Source: Nannocystis bainbridge (lineage in GTDB: Bacteria > Myxococcota_A > Polyangia > Nannocystales > Nannocystaceae). From it: a stretch of 64,000 nucleotides of DNA. Positions within the stretch are counted from its first letter, which is position 1. Every line of letters starts with the position of its first letter. The stretch spans positions 768,001 through 832,000 of the forward strand of contig NZ_JAQNDL010000001.1 of NCBI RefSeq assembly GCF_028368995.1. The letters run 5' to 3'. Below are positions 41,828-51,457 of this stretch, piece by piece. The notes under the pieces were generated by a model. That model saw nothing but the letters and a program-made list of their open reading frames with translations, had not been told where the DNA came from and made no database searches. The position numbers and the translations under genes were made by a program.

Positions 41828-42427
41828 TCAGCCCTTCTTCTGCAGGGTGTCGCAGGCCTCCTTGTGGCGCGCGAGCGACTCCTGCGAGGCGATGCCGACC
41901 ATGTAGTTGTTCTTGCAGGTGACCTCGCGGTCGCCCGCCTTCATGTTGCGCACGAAGTTGTACTTCACCGCGCCGTAGCCGTCGGCGGTCCACTCGAGCG
42001 CCTCGGGGGTCTCGGTCGTGAAGGTCAGCTTGAGCTTGCCCTCGGAGGCGCTGGCGCCCTTCTCGAGGCTCTCCTTGAGGGTGGCGAGGTCGGTGTGCTT
42101 GGGCGCGAACGCGAGGTCGAAGCCAGCGGCGCGGCCGGCGGCGATGCGCGCCCCCTTGATACCATCCTGCATCACCTTGCCCTCTTTCGGACCCTTGGCG
42201 ACCCACCCGGCCCACTCCGGATCGGCGCTCGCCAGGTCGTGCTCGATCATCTCGACCGGCGCGTCGGCCTTCGGCGCGTCAGCCTTCGGCGCGTCGGCCT
42301 TCGGTGCGTCGGCCTTCGGCGCTTCGGCCTTGGCGTCGGCCTTGACGTCGGTCTTCTTGGCGTCGCCACCACAGGCGGCCAGCGCGATGACGAGAGGGAG
42401 GGCGAGGAAGCTGTGAATCTTCTGCAT
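41828..42427 (-). CDS. Lipoprotein with ADAPK pentapeptide repeats
   Basis: Lipobox LAAC; 15-bp tandem repeat at about 42260-42335 encoding KADAP. Confidence 0.85.
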   Translation of the reverse strand: MQKIHSFLALPLVIALAACGGDAKKTDVKADAKAEAPKADAPKADAPKADAPKADAPVEMIEHDLASADPEWAGWVAKGPKEGKVMQDGIKGARIAAGRAAGFDLAFAPKHTDLATLKESLEKGASASEGKLKLTFTTETPEALEWTADGYGAVKYNFVRNMKAGDREVTCKNNYMVGIASQESLARHKEACDTLQKKG

Positions 42428-42509
42428 GCGCGGGCGACATACCCGACTCCCGGTACGCGTGGCAAGATCGCACCTGGCGAATCACGCCAGCGCAGCAAGA
42501 GTTTTCCTC

Positions 42510-43350
42510 GTCGGTGACGAGCGCGGCGCGGCGGTCGGGATCGCTGTCGAGGTGGCGATAGAGTGGGGGCCCGTCCCGGGTCACGAGGTCGACGCGGCCG
42601 CCCGTGTCGGCGCCGCTGAACATCGCCAGCTCACCGGGCAATACCTCCGGCTCGCCCCACACGCGGGCCTCGACGTTCCGTACGAGCACGGCGGAGCCCG
42701 ACACCGGATCGATCACGAAGTCGAGGCGGCCGTCGCCGTCGAAGTCGCCGACGTGTAAGGCCGCGTCGTCCCACCGGGTACGCTCGCAATCGGCTGCCAG
42801 GGTTTCGTAGCGGCGGGGCTCGGCGGTAACCGTAGGCAATGGACAGCTCGCTCTGCATGTCGGCTCGGCCATCGGCGTCGACGTCGTCGAGGTCGAGGTC
42901 CGCGCTGGCGAACGCCCTCGCGGGCCCGGAGAACACGACGAGAGGGGCGGCCCACCCCGGCTGACTGTCGGGCGGACGAGGTGTGCACTGACCTCCTCGC
43001 GCCCGAGCGCGACGACGTCGAACTGCGCGCCGGGACAGGCGAACACCATCTTGGTGCCATAGCGAAGGTTGTGACCTCGGGTCTCCGTCGACGTCGCGCA
43101 GGACCGTCGGCGCATGCACGGGCTCGAAGGTCGCCTGCGGCGCGTCGTCGACGAGCCCGGCGACCACGAACGCCTGGTCGCCGGTCAGCTCGTGCACCCC
43201 GTCGGGCTCGCCGGTGGTGGTCGTGGTGGTGGGGTCCGGCAAGATCACCGGTCATCGTCACCGCCGCGGTCGCCGAGCTGCGTCGCTGCGGCCGCCGCTG
43301 TCGCCGCTGGCCGCCAGAGCGAGCAGACCGAGGCACACACGAATCGTCTT
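42510..43350 (-). pseudogene. Frameshifted FG-GAP/VCBS repeat protein remnant
   Basis: Fragments in different frames: LRDVDGD and DLDDVDADGRADM (ORF 42631-43248), VGDFDGDGRLDF (ORF 42279-43115); signal-like RVCLGLLALAA in a third frame. Confidence 0.6.
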
Positions 43351-43554
43351 GCAGTCACGGATGCGAATCAGCCCTCGATCGCCGCACTGTCGCGGAGAAC
43401 CGGACGCAAGCGGCGCGCGGGCCCGTGCACGGCCTCGCACGGGGGTAGGACCCCGGGGCCGCGGGCCCGCATCGCCCCGTTGCAGCGCTGTCATGACCCG
43501 GCGATCCACGCCGACGCGGTTGCGCGAGGCGGCGCCGTACGTCATCGTCGCAGG

Positions 43555-43932
43555 GTGAGCGGCCGTTCCCGTCCTGCCCGCGCCGGCTTCGTCGTCCTCC
43601 TCGCGGCCCTCGTCGCCCTCGTCGCCGGCTACCTCAACGACTGCTTCGTCGGCTTCGGCTTGTCCCCGAACGCGGGCTCGCCTGCGCCGGCCGCCGAGTC
43701 GGCCAAGCCCGCCGCGACCCCGGCGCAGACGAGGGTCCGCGTCGTCGTCCAGGGCGAGCAGTGCCGCCTCGGCGAGGCCAGCGAGGCGCGAGCCTGCGAC
43801 GCCGTGTGCGCCGACCAGGCCGCCGGCACCACCGTCGAGATCGAGGCCACCGCCGGCTCGCAGCGCGCCGTCGAGGCCCTGCGCGCCTGCCTGCAGGGCC
43901 GCGGCGCCAAGGCCCAGGTCGTATCGGAGTAG
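43555..43932 (+). CDS. Small membrane-anchored protein
   Basis: N-terminal TM helix, Pro/Ala linker, Cys-containing domain; 3 bp upstream of the MotA-like gene. Confidence 0.7.
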   Translation: MSGRSRPARAGFVVLLAALVALVAGYLNDCFVGFGLSPNAGSPAPAAESAKPAATPAQTRVRVVVQGEQCRLGEASEARACDAVCADQAAGTTVEIEATAGSQRAVEALRACLQGRGAKAQVVSE

Positions 43933-43935
43933 CGC

Positions 43936-44502
43936 GTGTTCTGGCAGGCGCTGTTCGACCCCTTCAGCATCGTCGTCCTCGCCGCCGTCCTGGCGATGAC
44001 CGCCCTGTCGCTCGGCTGGCTGGCCGGCGCGGCCCGTCACCGCGACGTGCTCGCCGGCGGCCTCGTCGTCCTGCGCAAGATCGGCGCCCAGCTGGCCGAA
44101 AACCACCCGATCCGCCGCCGCCTCGAATCGGCCCCGGTGGTCGACCTCTCGTTCGAAGAGCTCGCCCGCCTCCTCAGCGGCCAGCAGGTCGAGCCGGCCG
44201 CGCGCGCGCTGATCCGCCTCGGCGAGCGGATCTCGTGGATCGAGCGGTTCGCCCAGCTGGCGGTGCACCTCGGGATCCTCGGCACCGTGTTCGCGCTGGT
44301 AAGCTCCGATCCGACCGACCTCGAGGGCTTCCGCGCCAGCCTGCCGATGGCCCTCGGCACCACCTTCTGGGGCCTCATCGGCGCGATCGCCCTGTCGCTG
44401 GTCGCCGGCGCCTGCGAGACCCTGCTCGAGCGCGCCTCGCAGCACGTGCGCGAGGCCCTGCTCGAGGGCCTCGAGCACCCGCCCGCGAGGCCCGAGCCGT
44501 GA
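43936..44502 (+). CDS. MotA/TolQ/ExbB proton channel family protein
   Basis: LGILGTVFAL and MALGTTFWGLIGAI match the family TM2/TM3 signatures. Confidence 0.8.
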   Translation: MFWQALFDPFSIVVLAAVLAMTALSLGWLAGAARHRDVLAGGLVVLRKIGAQLAENHPIRRRLESAPVVDLSFEELARLLSGQQVEPAARALIRLGERISWIERFAQLAVHLGILGTVFALVSSDPTDLEGFRASLPMALGTTFWGLIGAIALSLVAGACETLLERASQHVREALLEGLEHPPARPEP

Positions 44503-45263
44503 AGCGCCGCCGTCGCCACGCCCTCGACCTGCTGCCGCTGCTCGACGTCTTCATGGTCGTGCTGTTCGTGTTCGCCACCATTCAGGAGGGCCAGCTCGAC
44601 GCCTCGACCGCCACCACCGCGGCCCTGCAGGCCGAGCTGCAGCAGCTGCGCGCGCAGCAGGTCGACCCCGCCGAGCTCGCGCGACTACGGCAGCAGGACG
44701 ACCCCACCGAGCTGGCGCAGCTGCGGCAGCAGCACGCCGCGGCCAGGGCCGAGGCCGAGGCCGCGCGGGCCGAGCTGGCGCGCGCGAGCGAGGCCCAGAC
44801 CGAGCTGCGGACCGCCCTCGCCGCGCTGCGCACCGCCACCGAGCAGGCCGCCGCGACCGCCACCACCTCCGGCGCCGAAGTCCTGCGCCGGCAGGAGGTC
44901 CTGGCGCGCCTGCTCGATCACTTCTCGGTGTTCGAGATCGAGGTCGACGGCGAGCTGGTCGGCGACGCCGTCGTCAACCATTGCTGCTACCGCACCGAGC
45001 CGCTCGCCGGGGCCTGGAAGCCGTGCGGCGTGGTGCCCGCGGCGCTCGGCGAGCTGCAGGACTGGCTCGCCGACGGCGGCGCCGGCCTGGTCGACGCCCT
45101 GCGCCGGACTCGCGGCGGCAACGCGATGACGATCGTGCGCCAGGACGAGGCCGCGACCTGGCGGGTCGCCCGCAAGCTCGAGGAGCACCTGCGCGAGCGC
45201 TTCCCCGAGCACAAGATCTACGGCGAGGGCGTCGCGACCCACTCGCTCGCCTGCCCCCGCTGA
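44499..45263 (+). CDS. ExbD/TolR-like partner with coiled coil
   Basis: GTGA overlap with the upstream gene; [17 protein letters not shown] with the conserved Asp; long coiled coil. Confidence 0.75.
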   Translation: MKRRRRHALDLLPLLDVFMVVLFVFATIQEGQLDASTATTAALQAELQQLRAQQVDPAELARLRQQDDPTELAQLRQQHAAARAEAEAARAELARASEAQTELRTALAALRTATEQAAATATTSGAEVLRRQEVLARLLDHFSVFEIEVDGELVGDAVVNHCCYRTEPLAGAWKPCGVVPAALGELQDWLADGGAGLVDALRRTRGGNAMTIVRQDEAATWRVARKLEEHLRERFPEHKIYGEGVATHSLACPR

Positions 45264-45271
45264 GCCACCGC

Positions 45272-45365
45272 GCACATGGCCCAAGAGGCATGTCTTCTCG
45301 GACATGCCCCTTCGAGCATGCCCGATACGACATGCGCTCCTGAGCATGTCCCAAAGGCCATCCCA
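45272..45365. repeat. 14-bp-period TGTCC-N4-GGACA array (7 units)
   Basis: Cores at 45275, 45289, 45303, 45317, 45331, 45345, 45359. Confidence 0.93.
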
Positions 45366-45618
45366 TCGCCGCGACCCTGCCGACCCGCCGCGCAGCGCCT
45401 CGCGGCCACGCGCCAGCCCGCCGGAGCGTCGGGCCCCAAGACAGCCCCGATCCCCGCGCCCGCAGCGCGTGCGCGAACTCAACCTTCCGCGCCAGCGGCG
45501 ACCAGGCCCCGGGCAGCGACGCGGGCGCCCTCGCGGCCCGTCAGCGGCGACGGCGCGACGGCCCGTGGACCGTTGCCAGCGGCCCCCCTGGCCGCGCAAG
45601 CTCGTGGCCGCCGCCGCC

Positions 45619-47535
45619 ATGACCGACGACATTCACGCCTATCTCGAGCGCCACCAGCAGAAGGAGCTCCTGCGTCTCTTGACCTGCGGCAGCGTCGACG
45701 ACGGCAAGTCGACCCTGATCGGCCGGCTGATGCACGACACGCGGGCGATCTACGAGGACCAGCTGGCGGCGATCCGGCGCGACAGCGTGCGCCAGGGGAC
45801 CACCGGCGGCGAGCTCGACCTGGCGCTGCTGACCGACGGCCTGCGGGCCGAGCGCGAGCAGGGCATCACCATCGACGTCGCCTACCGCTACTTCAGCACC
45901 GACCGGCGCAAGTTCATCATCGCCGACTGCCCCGGGCACGAGCAGTACACCCGCAACATGGCGACCGGGGCCAGCACCTGCCAGCTCGCCATCATCCTGA
46001 TCGACGCGCGCCACGGCGTCATGCCGCAGACCCGGCGGCACAGCTTCATCTGCAGCCTCCTCGGCATCAAGCACCTGGTCGTCGCCGTCAACAAGATGGA
46101 CCTCGTGGGCTTCGACGAGGCCGTCTTCGAGGACATCCGGCGCGCCTACACCGACTTCGCCGCCGGCCTGCAGATCCACGACATCACCTTCATCCCGATG
46201 TCCGCGCGCGAGGGCGACAACGTCGTCGAGGCCGGCGAGCGCATGCCGTGGTACCAGGGCCCGCCGCTGCTGGCCCACCTCGAGACCGTGCACATCGCCA
46301 GCGACCGCAACCTCCGCGACCTCCGCTTGCCCGTGCAGCTGGTCCTGCGGCCGAGCCACGACTTCCGCGGCTTCGCCGGCTCGATCGCCTCCGGCGTCCT
46401 GCGCGTCGGTGACGAGGTCGTCGTCCTGCCGTCGCGCGCGCGCTCGACCGTCAAGCGGCTCGTCACCTTCGACGGCGACCTCGACGAGGCCTACGCGCCG
46501 ATGGCCGTCACCGTCGTGCTCGCCGACGAGGTCGACGTCAGCCGCGGCGACGTCATCGTCCGCCCCGGCGGCGAGCCGCAGCAGGCCAGCGAGGTCGAGG
46601 CCATGATCGTGTGGATGGACGAGCGGCCGCTGGTGCGCGGGCGCAGCTACCTGGTCAAGCACAACACCCGCACCGTGCCCGGCGAGCTCGAGGCCGTCCT
46701 TCACCGCGTCGACATCGCCACCCTCGATCGCCGCCCGGCCGACAGCCTGGCGATGAACGAGATCGGCCGCTGCCGGCTCGGCCTGCACCGCCCGATCGAC
46801 TTCGATCCGTACACCGTCAATCAGGCCACCGGCGGCTTCATCCTCATCGACCGCGCCACCAACGGCACCGTCGGCGCCGGCATGCTCTGTGATCGAGGCG
46901 ACCGCGGCGGCATCGGCGATTCGTGGGCCGCGCCCGGCGTCGAAGAGGGCGGCCGCGATCCTCGCAGCGCGGTCGCGCGTGAGGCCCGCGAGGCCCGCTT
47001 CGGCCAGCGCGCCGTCACCCTCTTGCTGACCGGCCTGCCCGGCTCCGGCAAGGCCACCCTCGCCTACGCGCTCGAGCAGCGGCTGTTCGCCGCCGGCCGC
47101 GCCGTCACCGTGCTCCACGGCCCGGCCATGCGCCGCGGCCTCGCGCGCGACCTCGGTTACACCGCCGACGACCGCAGCGAGAACCTGCGCCGCGCCGCCG
47201 AGGTCGCTCGCCTCTTCAACGAGGCCGGCCTGCTGTGCATCTGCGCCTTCGTGGCCCCGCACGAGGCCGTGCGCGCCCGGGCCCGCCAGGTCATCGGCGA
47301 CGGCCGTGTGCTCGAGGTCCACCTCTCGGCCCCGCTCGAAGTCTGCCGCGCGCGCGACCGCACCGGCATGTACGCCCGCGCCGACGCCGGCGAGCTCAAG
47401 GCCTTCCCCGGGGTCAGCGCCGCCTACGAGGCCCCCGCCCGCCCCGACCTGGTCCTGCCGACCCACGAGCTCGACGAGGCCGCCTGCGTCGACGCTCTGG
47501 TCGAGCTGCTGCGCTCGCGCGGCGCTCTCGGCTGA
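45619..47535 (+). CDS. cysNC: Sulfate adenylyltransferase subunit 1 fused to APS kinase-like domain
   Basis: [46 protein letters not shown]; C-terminal GLPGSGK...DRSENLRR. Confidence 0.95.
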   Translation: MTDDIHAYLERHQQKELLRLLTCGSVDDGKSTLIGRLMHDTRAIYEDQLAAIRRDSVRQGTTGGELDLALLTDGLRAEREQGITIDVAYRYFSTDRRKFIIADCPGHEQYTRNMATGASTCQLAIILIDARHGVMPQTRRHSFICSLLGIKHLVVAVNKMDLVGFDEAVFEDIRRAYTDFAAGLQIHDITFIPMSAREGDNVVEAGERMPWYQGPPLLAHLETVHIASDRNLRDLRLPVQLVLRPSHDFRGFAGSIASGVLRVGDEVVVLPSRARSTVKRLVTFDGDLDEAYAPMAVTVVLADEVDVSRGDVIVRPGGEPQQASEVEAMIVWMDERPLVRGRSYLVKHNTRTVPGELEAVLHRVDIATLDRRPADSLAMNEIGRCRLGLHRPIDFDPYTVNQATGGFILIDRATNGTVGAGMLCDRGDRGGIGDSWAAPGVEEGGRDPRSAVAREAREARFGQRAVTLLLTGLPGSGKATLAYALEQRLFAAGRAVTVLHGPAMRRGLARDLGYTADDRSENLRRAAEVARLFNEAGLLCICAFVAPHEAVRARARQVIGDGRVLEVHLSAPLEVCRARDRTGMYARADAGELKAFPGVSAAYEAPARPDLVLPTHELDEAACVDALVELLRSRGALG

Positions 47536-47730
47536 CCTGCGCGTCGGGACCCTCGCGTCACGCTCGCGCGCGGCCTGCGACAGCAGGCCCGAACGCGGGG
47601 CCCGGCGAGCGCGCCGGACCCAGGCATGGAGCCCGGCGAGCGCGCCCACGCCGGGCGTCACACCTGTCCCTTGCGACCTGCCCCTTCGGACAGGCTCGCC
47701 GCCTCGCAGCGATCCTGCTATCCTGAGACT

Positions 47731-48309
47731 ATGGTCGATCCCGGCTCGCCCGTCCTCCCGCGCCACAGCGCCGCCCTCGGCCTCACCCTGTTCTCCGCCA
47801 TCGCCCTGCCGATCATCGGCGACGCCAGCCTGCTCGACTGGCTGCTGGCGATCGGCGCGCGCGATCCGGTCGCCGCCGTGTTCAGCCTCATCACCTTCGG
47901 CTCGCCGTTCCTGTTCGGCCTCGCCGTCGCCGCCGCCGGCCTGATGCGCGATCGCCAGCGCGCCGCCAGGATCATCGAGCTCCCGCTGTCGCTGACCCAC
48001 GCCCTCCTGGCGCTCCACGCCATCGCGCTGATCCAGGCCCCCGGCATCCCGATGCGGGTGTCGTTCATCGGCTTCACCGCCGTGGCCTGCATCTACTACA
48101 TCTACACCAAGGCCGAAGCCGAGGCCTCCGACCGCCCGGTCGGCGCGCGCTGGCTGACCCGCTGGGGCGGCGTCGTGCTGACCGGCACCACGCTCTGGAT
48201 GCACTTCCAGACCTTCGGCCACCGCCCGTTCGGCCTCGCCATTCACGTCATCCTCGCCGCCGCGTTCCTGCTCGCCGCCACCACCCCGCGCGAGCCCGCG
48301 AGCGCGTAG
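47731..48309 (+). CDS. Hypothetical membrane protein
   Basis: About six hydrophobic helices. Confidence 0.75.
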   Translation: MVDPGSPVLPRHSAALGLTLFSAIALPIIGDASLLDWLLAIGARDPVAAVFSLITFGSPFLFGLAVAAAGLMRDRQRAARIIELPLSLTHALLALHAIALIQAPGIPMRVSFIGFTAVACIYYIYTKAEAEASDRPVGARWLTRWGGVVLTGTTLWMHFQTFGHRPFGLAIHVILAAAFLLAATTPREPASA

Positions 48310-48520
48310 CGCCGCGATCGTCACCCAGCGACTCGCGATCCCGACTGGCGCTTCGCCAGTGGTCGCTCCCCGCGCACGCGCCAGTTCCCCGGACCGCCGC
48401 ATTGCCACCTGTCCTCTGAGACAGCCAGCGCCCGCCATCGCGCCCGGGGCCGCGCCGCTCGCGTGACATCGCCCGCCGAAGCCGCTTGCCTTCGGCGCCC
48501 TCGCCGTCGACCCTGGGGCC

Positions 48521-48940
48521 GTGATCCGACTCCTCTTCGTCCTCGCGCTGACCGCCTGCGAATCCCGGGGCGCCGCGGGCTCGCAGTGTTCGGCCGACGC
48601 CGACTGCAAGGACGGCCTCGCCTGTGTGCTCTCGGTCTGCGCCGACCCTGCCCTCTCCGGCCCCGTCGACGCGGCCCGCAAGAAGGCCCAGGAGCACCAG
48701 AAGCGCCTCCAGGAGGCCCAGCAGGAGGTCGCGGCGGAGCGCGCCAAGCTGGCGGGCGGCGACGAGCTCGAGGTCCTCGAGAAAGAGCTCGAGGGCCTCA
48801 AGAAGTCCCGCAAGGACGCCGAGCCCTACCTGGACTCCGGCTCGGAGCAGGATCGCCAGATGATCCGCAACACCATCCAGAACCTCGACGACGCCATCGC
48901 GGCGCACGAGGCCAAGATCGCGGCGCTCAAGGCTCGCTGA
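48521..48940 (+). CDS. Lipoprotein with Cys-rich motif and coiled coil
   Basis: Lipobox LTAC; CSADADCKDGLACVLSVC; heptad-rich C-terminus. Confidence 0.75.
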   Translation: MIRLLFVLALTACESRGAAGSQCSADADCKDGLACVLSVCADPALSGPVDAARKKAQEHQKRLQEAQQEVAAERAKLAGGDELEVLEKELEGLKKSRKDAEPYLDSGSEQDRQMIRNTIQNLDDAIAAHEAKIAALKAR

Positions 48941-49192
48941 GACCGCGTCCGAAATTCTCGCCCCGAGAGGATGCGCCGCGCGTGTGATCCGGATCGCAGA
49001 ATCGACGCACCGGGCTGCGGCCACGCGCAGGCGCTCCCCCCGCGGCGCGGACGCCCCGCCGACGTCGCATGTCCCGAAGGACATCTCCAGATCGCCGCGA
49101 GCCCGGCCGCAGCCGGTCTCTCCAGCGCTCCGTCGCCCCGGCGCGGCCTGCCATGATTCGCCGGCCGGTGGTTCATTCGTATCTTCGGACGC

Positions 49193-50767
49193 ATGTCACG
49201 TCGCGTCGTCTTGCTGGTCGCCGCCACGGTCTCGTGCACCCGGCCCAACCCTTACTTCGCGCTCTCGGAGGGCGATCCGGCGCCGGTCGACGACGACGAC
49301 GACAGCCCTGACGACGGCGAAGCCCCGAGCGACAGCGGCGGCCCCACGACCGGCGTCACCACCGGCAGCGCCTCGACCGACGATCCCGATCACACCGGCT
49401 CGACGACCTCGACGACCAGCGAAGGCGCCTGCACCGACGATTGCCCCGCGCCCGCCGACGATTGCGAGGACGCCCTCGAGTGCGCCGGCAAGCTCGAATG
49501 GTTGCGCCGCAGCGGCGACGCGGCGATCCAGCGAGCCACCGACGTCGCCGTGCTGTCCGACGGCAGCGTGGTCGTCGTCGGCGAGTTCACCGGCGAGCTC
49601 GGCACCGCCCCCGACGTGATCGTCGCTCCTGCCGATCCGCTCGCGGGCGACAGCTTCGTCCTGCGCCTCGATCCCGCCGGCGAGCCGCTGTGGATCCGTC
49701 ACTTCGCCGGCGCCGGCCTGCAGCGAATCAGCGCCGTCGTCGCGCTCTCCGACGATCGGATCGCCGTCGCCGGCTCGTTCACCGGCCAGCTCTTGCTCGA
49801 TCCGCATCAGCTCGACGGCCTCGGCTCCCGGCCCGCCTTTGTCGCAGTCCTCGAACCCGACGGCGCCACCGCGATCCTCCACCCGATCGGCGGCGACGAC
49901 GTCGAGGCCCTCGACCTCGCGCGCACGCCCGCCGACGACCTCGTGGTCGTCGGCGATCACGACGGCGACATCGTCATCGCCGGCGACAAGACCAGCAGCC
50001 TCGATCGCGACCTCTTCGCCATCGGCCTCGATCCCGTCGCCGGCCCGACCTGGAGCTGGCTGCCGCTCGCGCCCGCCGATCAGACCGCCCACGCCGTCGC
50101 CGTCGCGCCCACCGGCGCCGTGTTGCTCGCCGGCGAGCTCGAGAGCGGCCTGCAGATCGCCGACATCAACCTCCTGGGTCAGGGCCGCGACGGCTTCCTC
50201 GCCGGCCTCGACGTCGAGGGTGTCCCGCAGTGGGGCGCCCAGCTCGGCGGTCCGGGCGACGATCGCGTGCGCGCGCTCGCGGCCGCGCCCGACGGCAGCT
50301 TCGTCGTCGCCGGCATCCACGGCGGCGGCCTCGACCTGGGCGACGGACCGCTGCCCACCCCGGCCGCTGGCGAGCTCGGTGGTTACCTCGCCGCCATCGA
50401 CCCCGACGGCGACCTGCTCTGGGCCCGCAGCGGCTTCATCCTCGGCGCCGAGCCGCCGGGCCTCGCCGTCGATCCCACCGGCCGCGTGCTCGCCTACTTG
50501 CCGCTCGGCGCCCAGCCGATCGATCTCGGCAGCGGCCCGCTCGGCGACGCGCCCGGGGCCCTGCTCGTCAAGCTCACCAGCGGCGGCAACTTCGTCTGGG
50601 GTCGGCACCTCGTCGGCGCCCTCGCGCCCGCCGGTCCTGGCCTCGGCGTCGGCCCTGCCGGCGAGATCGCCATCGCCGGCGCATTCGCCTCCGAGCTCAC
50701 CCACGACCCCCTGCAGGTCGTCTCCGCCGGCGCGCTCGACGTCTACGCCGGTCGCTTCCTGCCCTGA
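49193..50767 (+). CDS. Beta-propeller repeat lipoprotein
   Basis: VSCTRPNPYF lipoprotein start; repeated units of DG.VVVVG.F.G...FVL.LD..G...W. Confidence 0.8.
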   Translation: MSRRVVLLVAATVSCTRPNPYFALSEGDPAPVDDDDDSPDDGEAPSDSGGPTTGVTTGSASTDDPDHTGSTTSTTSEGACTDDCPAPADDCEDALECAGKLEWLRRSGDAAIQRATDVAVLSDGSVVVVGEFTGELGTAPDVIVAPADPLAGDSFVLRLDPAGEPLWIRHFAGAGLQRISAVVALSDDRIAVAGSFTGQLLLDPHQLDGLGSRPAFVAVLEPDGATAILHPIGGDDVEALDLARTPADDLVVVGDHDGDIVIAGDKTSSLDRDLFAIGLDPVAGPTWSWLPLAPADQTAHAVAVAPTGAVLLAGELESGLQIADINLLGQGRDGFLAGLDVEGVPQWGAQLGGPGDDRVRALAAAPDGSFVVAGIHGGGLDLGDGPLPTPAAGELGGYLAAIDPDGDLLWARSGFILGAEPPGLAVDPTGRVLAYLPLGAQPIDLGSGPLGDAPGALLVKLTSGGNFVWGRHLVGALAPAGPGLGVGPAGEIAIAGAFASELTHDPLQVVSAGALDVYAGRFLP

Positions 50768-50779
50768 CCGCGGAGCCCT

Positions 50780-51457
50780 ATGCTGCCGTTGACGCCCCCC
50801 CTCATGAACGACCTCGCCGCCACCTGGAGCCGCTGGAAGGAGGACACCTTCGGCACTGGTTATCACATCTGGCACGAGGGCCTCGACGTCGCGGCCGTCA
50901 CCAGGCTCAAAGGACAGGCGCGGACCCGGGCCCTCGCCATGTTGCAGCTCGGCCGCTCGCTCGGCGACGACCACGCCTCCGAGGCCCTCGCCGCCATGCG
51001 TGACCCACCGACCCTCGAAGCCATGCGGGTCCGCCTCGACGGCGGCGATCCTCCCCTCGATCCGTCCACCCGCGTCCGCTTCGTCCGCGCCCTCCACGAC
51101 GTCGCGCCCGACCCGCGGCTCGCCGATCACCTCGTCGCCATCCTCCAATCAACCTGGTCCAAAGGACAGCCATGGTCCGCGCGGGTCGACGCCGCCATGG
51201 CCCTGCGCGTCTTCGCCGGCCCGGCCGACGAGGCCGCCCTCCTCCACGCCGTCGCCGATCCCAGCTACCTCGTCCGCAGCCACGCCTGCGACTCGCTGCT
51301 GCACCGCTGGGGCGTCCGGCGGCGCCGGATCAGCGATCATCCGGCCCTGTTCGCGCTGATCCGCGGCCCTGACGACGACACCGTCCCGACCGCCGACGAC
51401 CTCGCGCGCTTCGCCGAGGCCCGGCGACGCCTGCAGGCCCTGCGCCCCGATCAATAA
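50780..51457 (+). CDS. HEAT-repeat-like protein
   Basis: ARVDAAMAL...ALLHAVADPSYLVRSHACDSL. Confidence 0.7.
   Translation: MLPLTPPLMNDLAATWSRWKEDTFGTGYHIWHEGLDVAAVTRLKGQARTRALAMLQLGRSLGDDHASEALAAMRDPPTLEAMRVRLDGGDPPLDPSTRVRFVRALHDVAPDPRLADHLVAILQSTWSKGQPWSARVDAAMALRVFAGPADEAALLHAVADPSYLVRSHACDSLLHRWGVRRRRISDHPALFALIRGPDDDTVPTADDLARFAEARRRLQALRPDQ

Noticed and set aside
43936-45263. Zorya ZorAB defence system
   Set aside because: The A subunit lacks the long cytoplasmic tail, the B subunit lacks an OmpA-like domain, and no zorC/D/E genes are adjacent.
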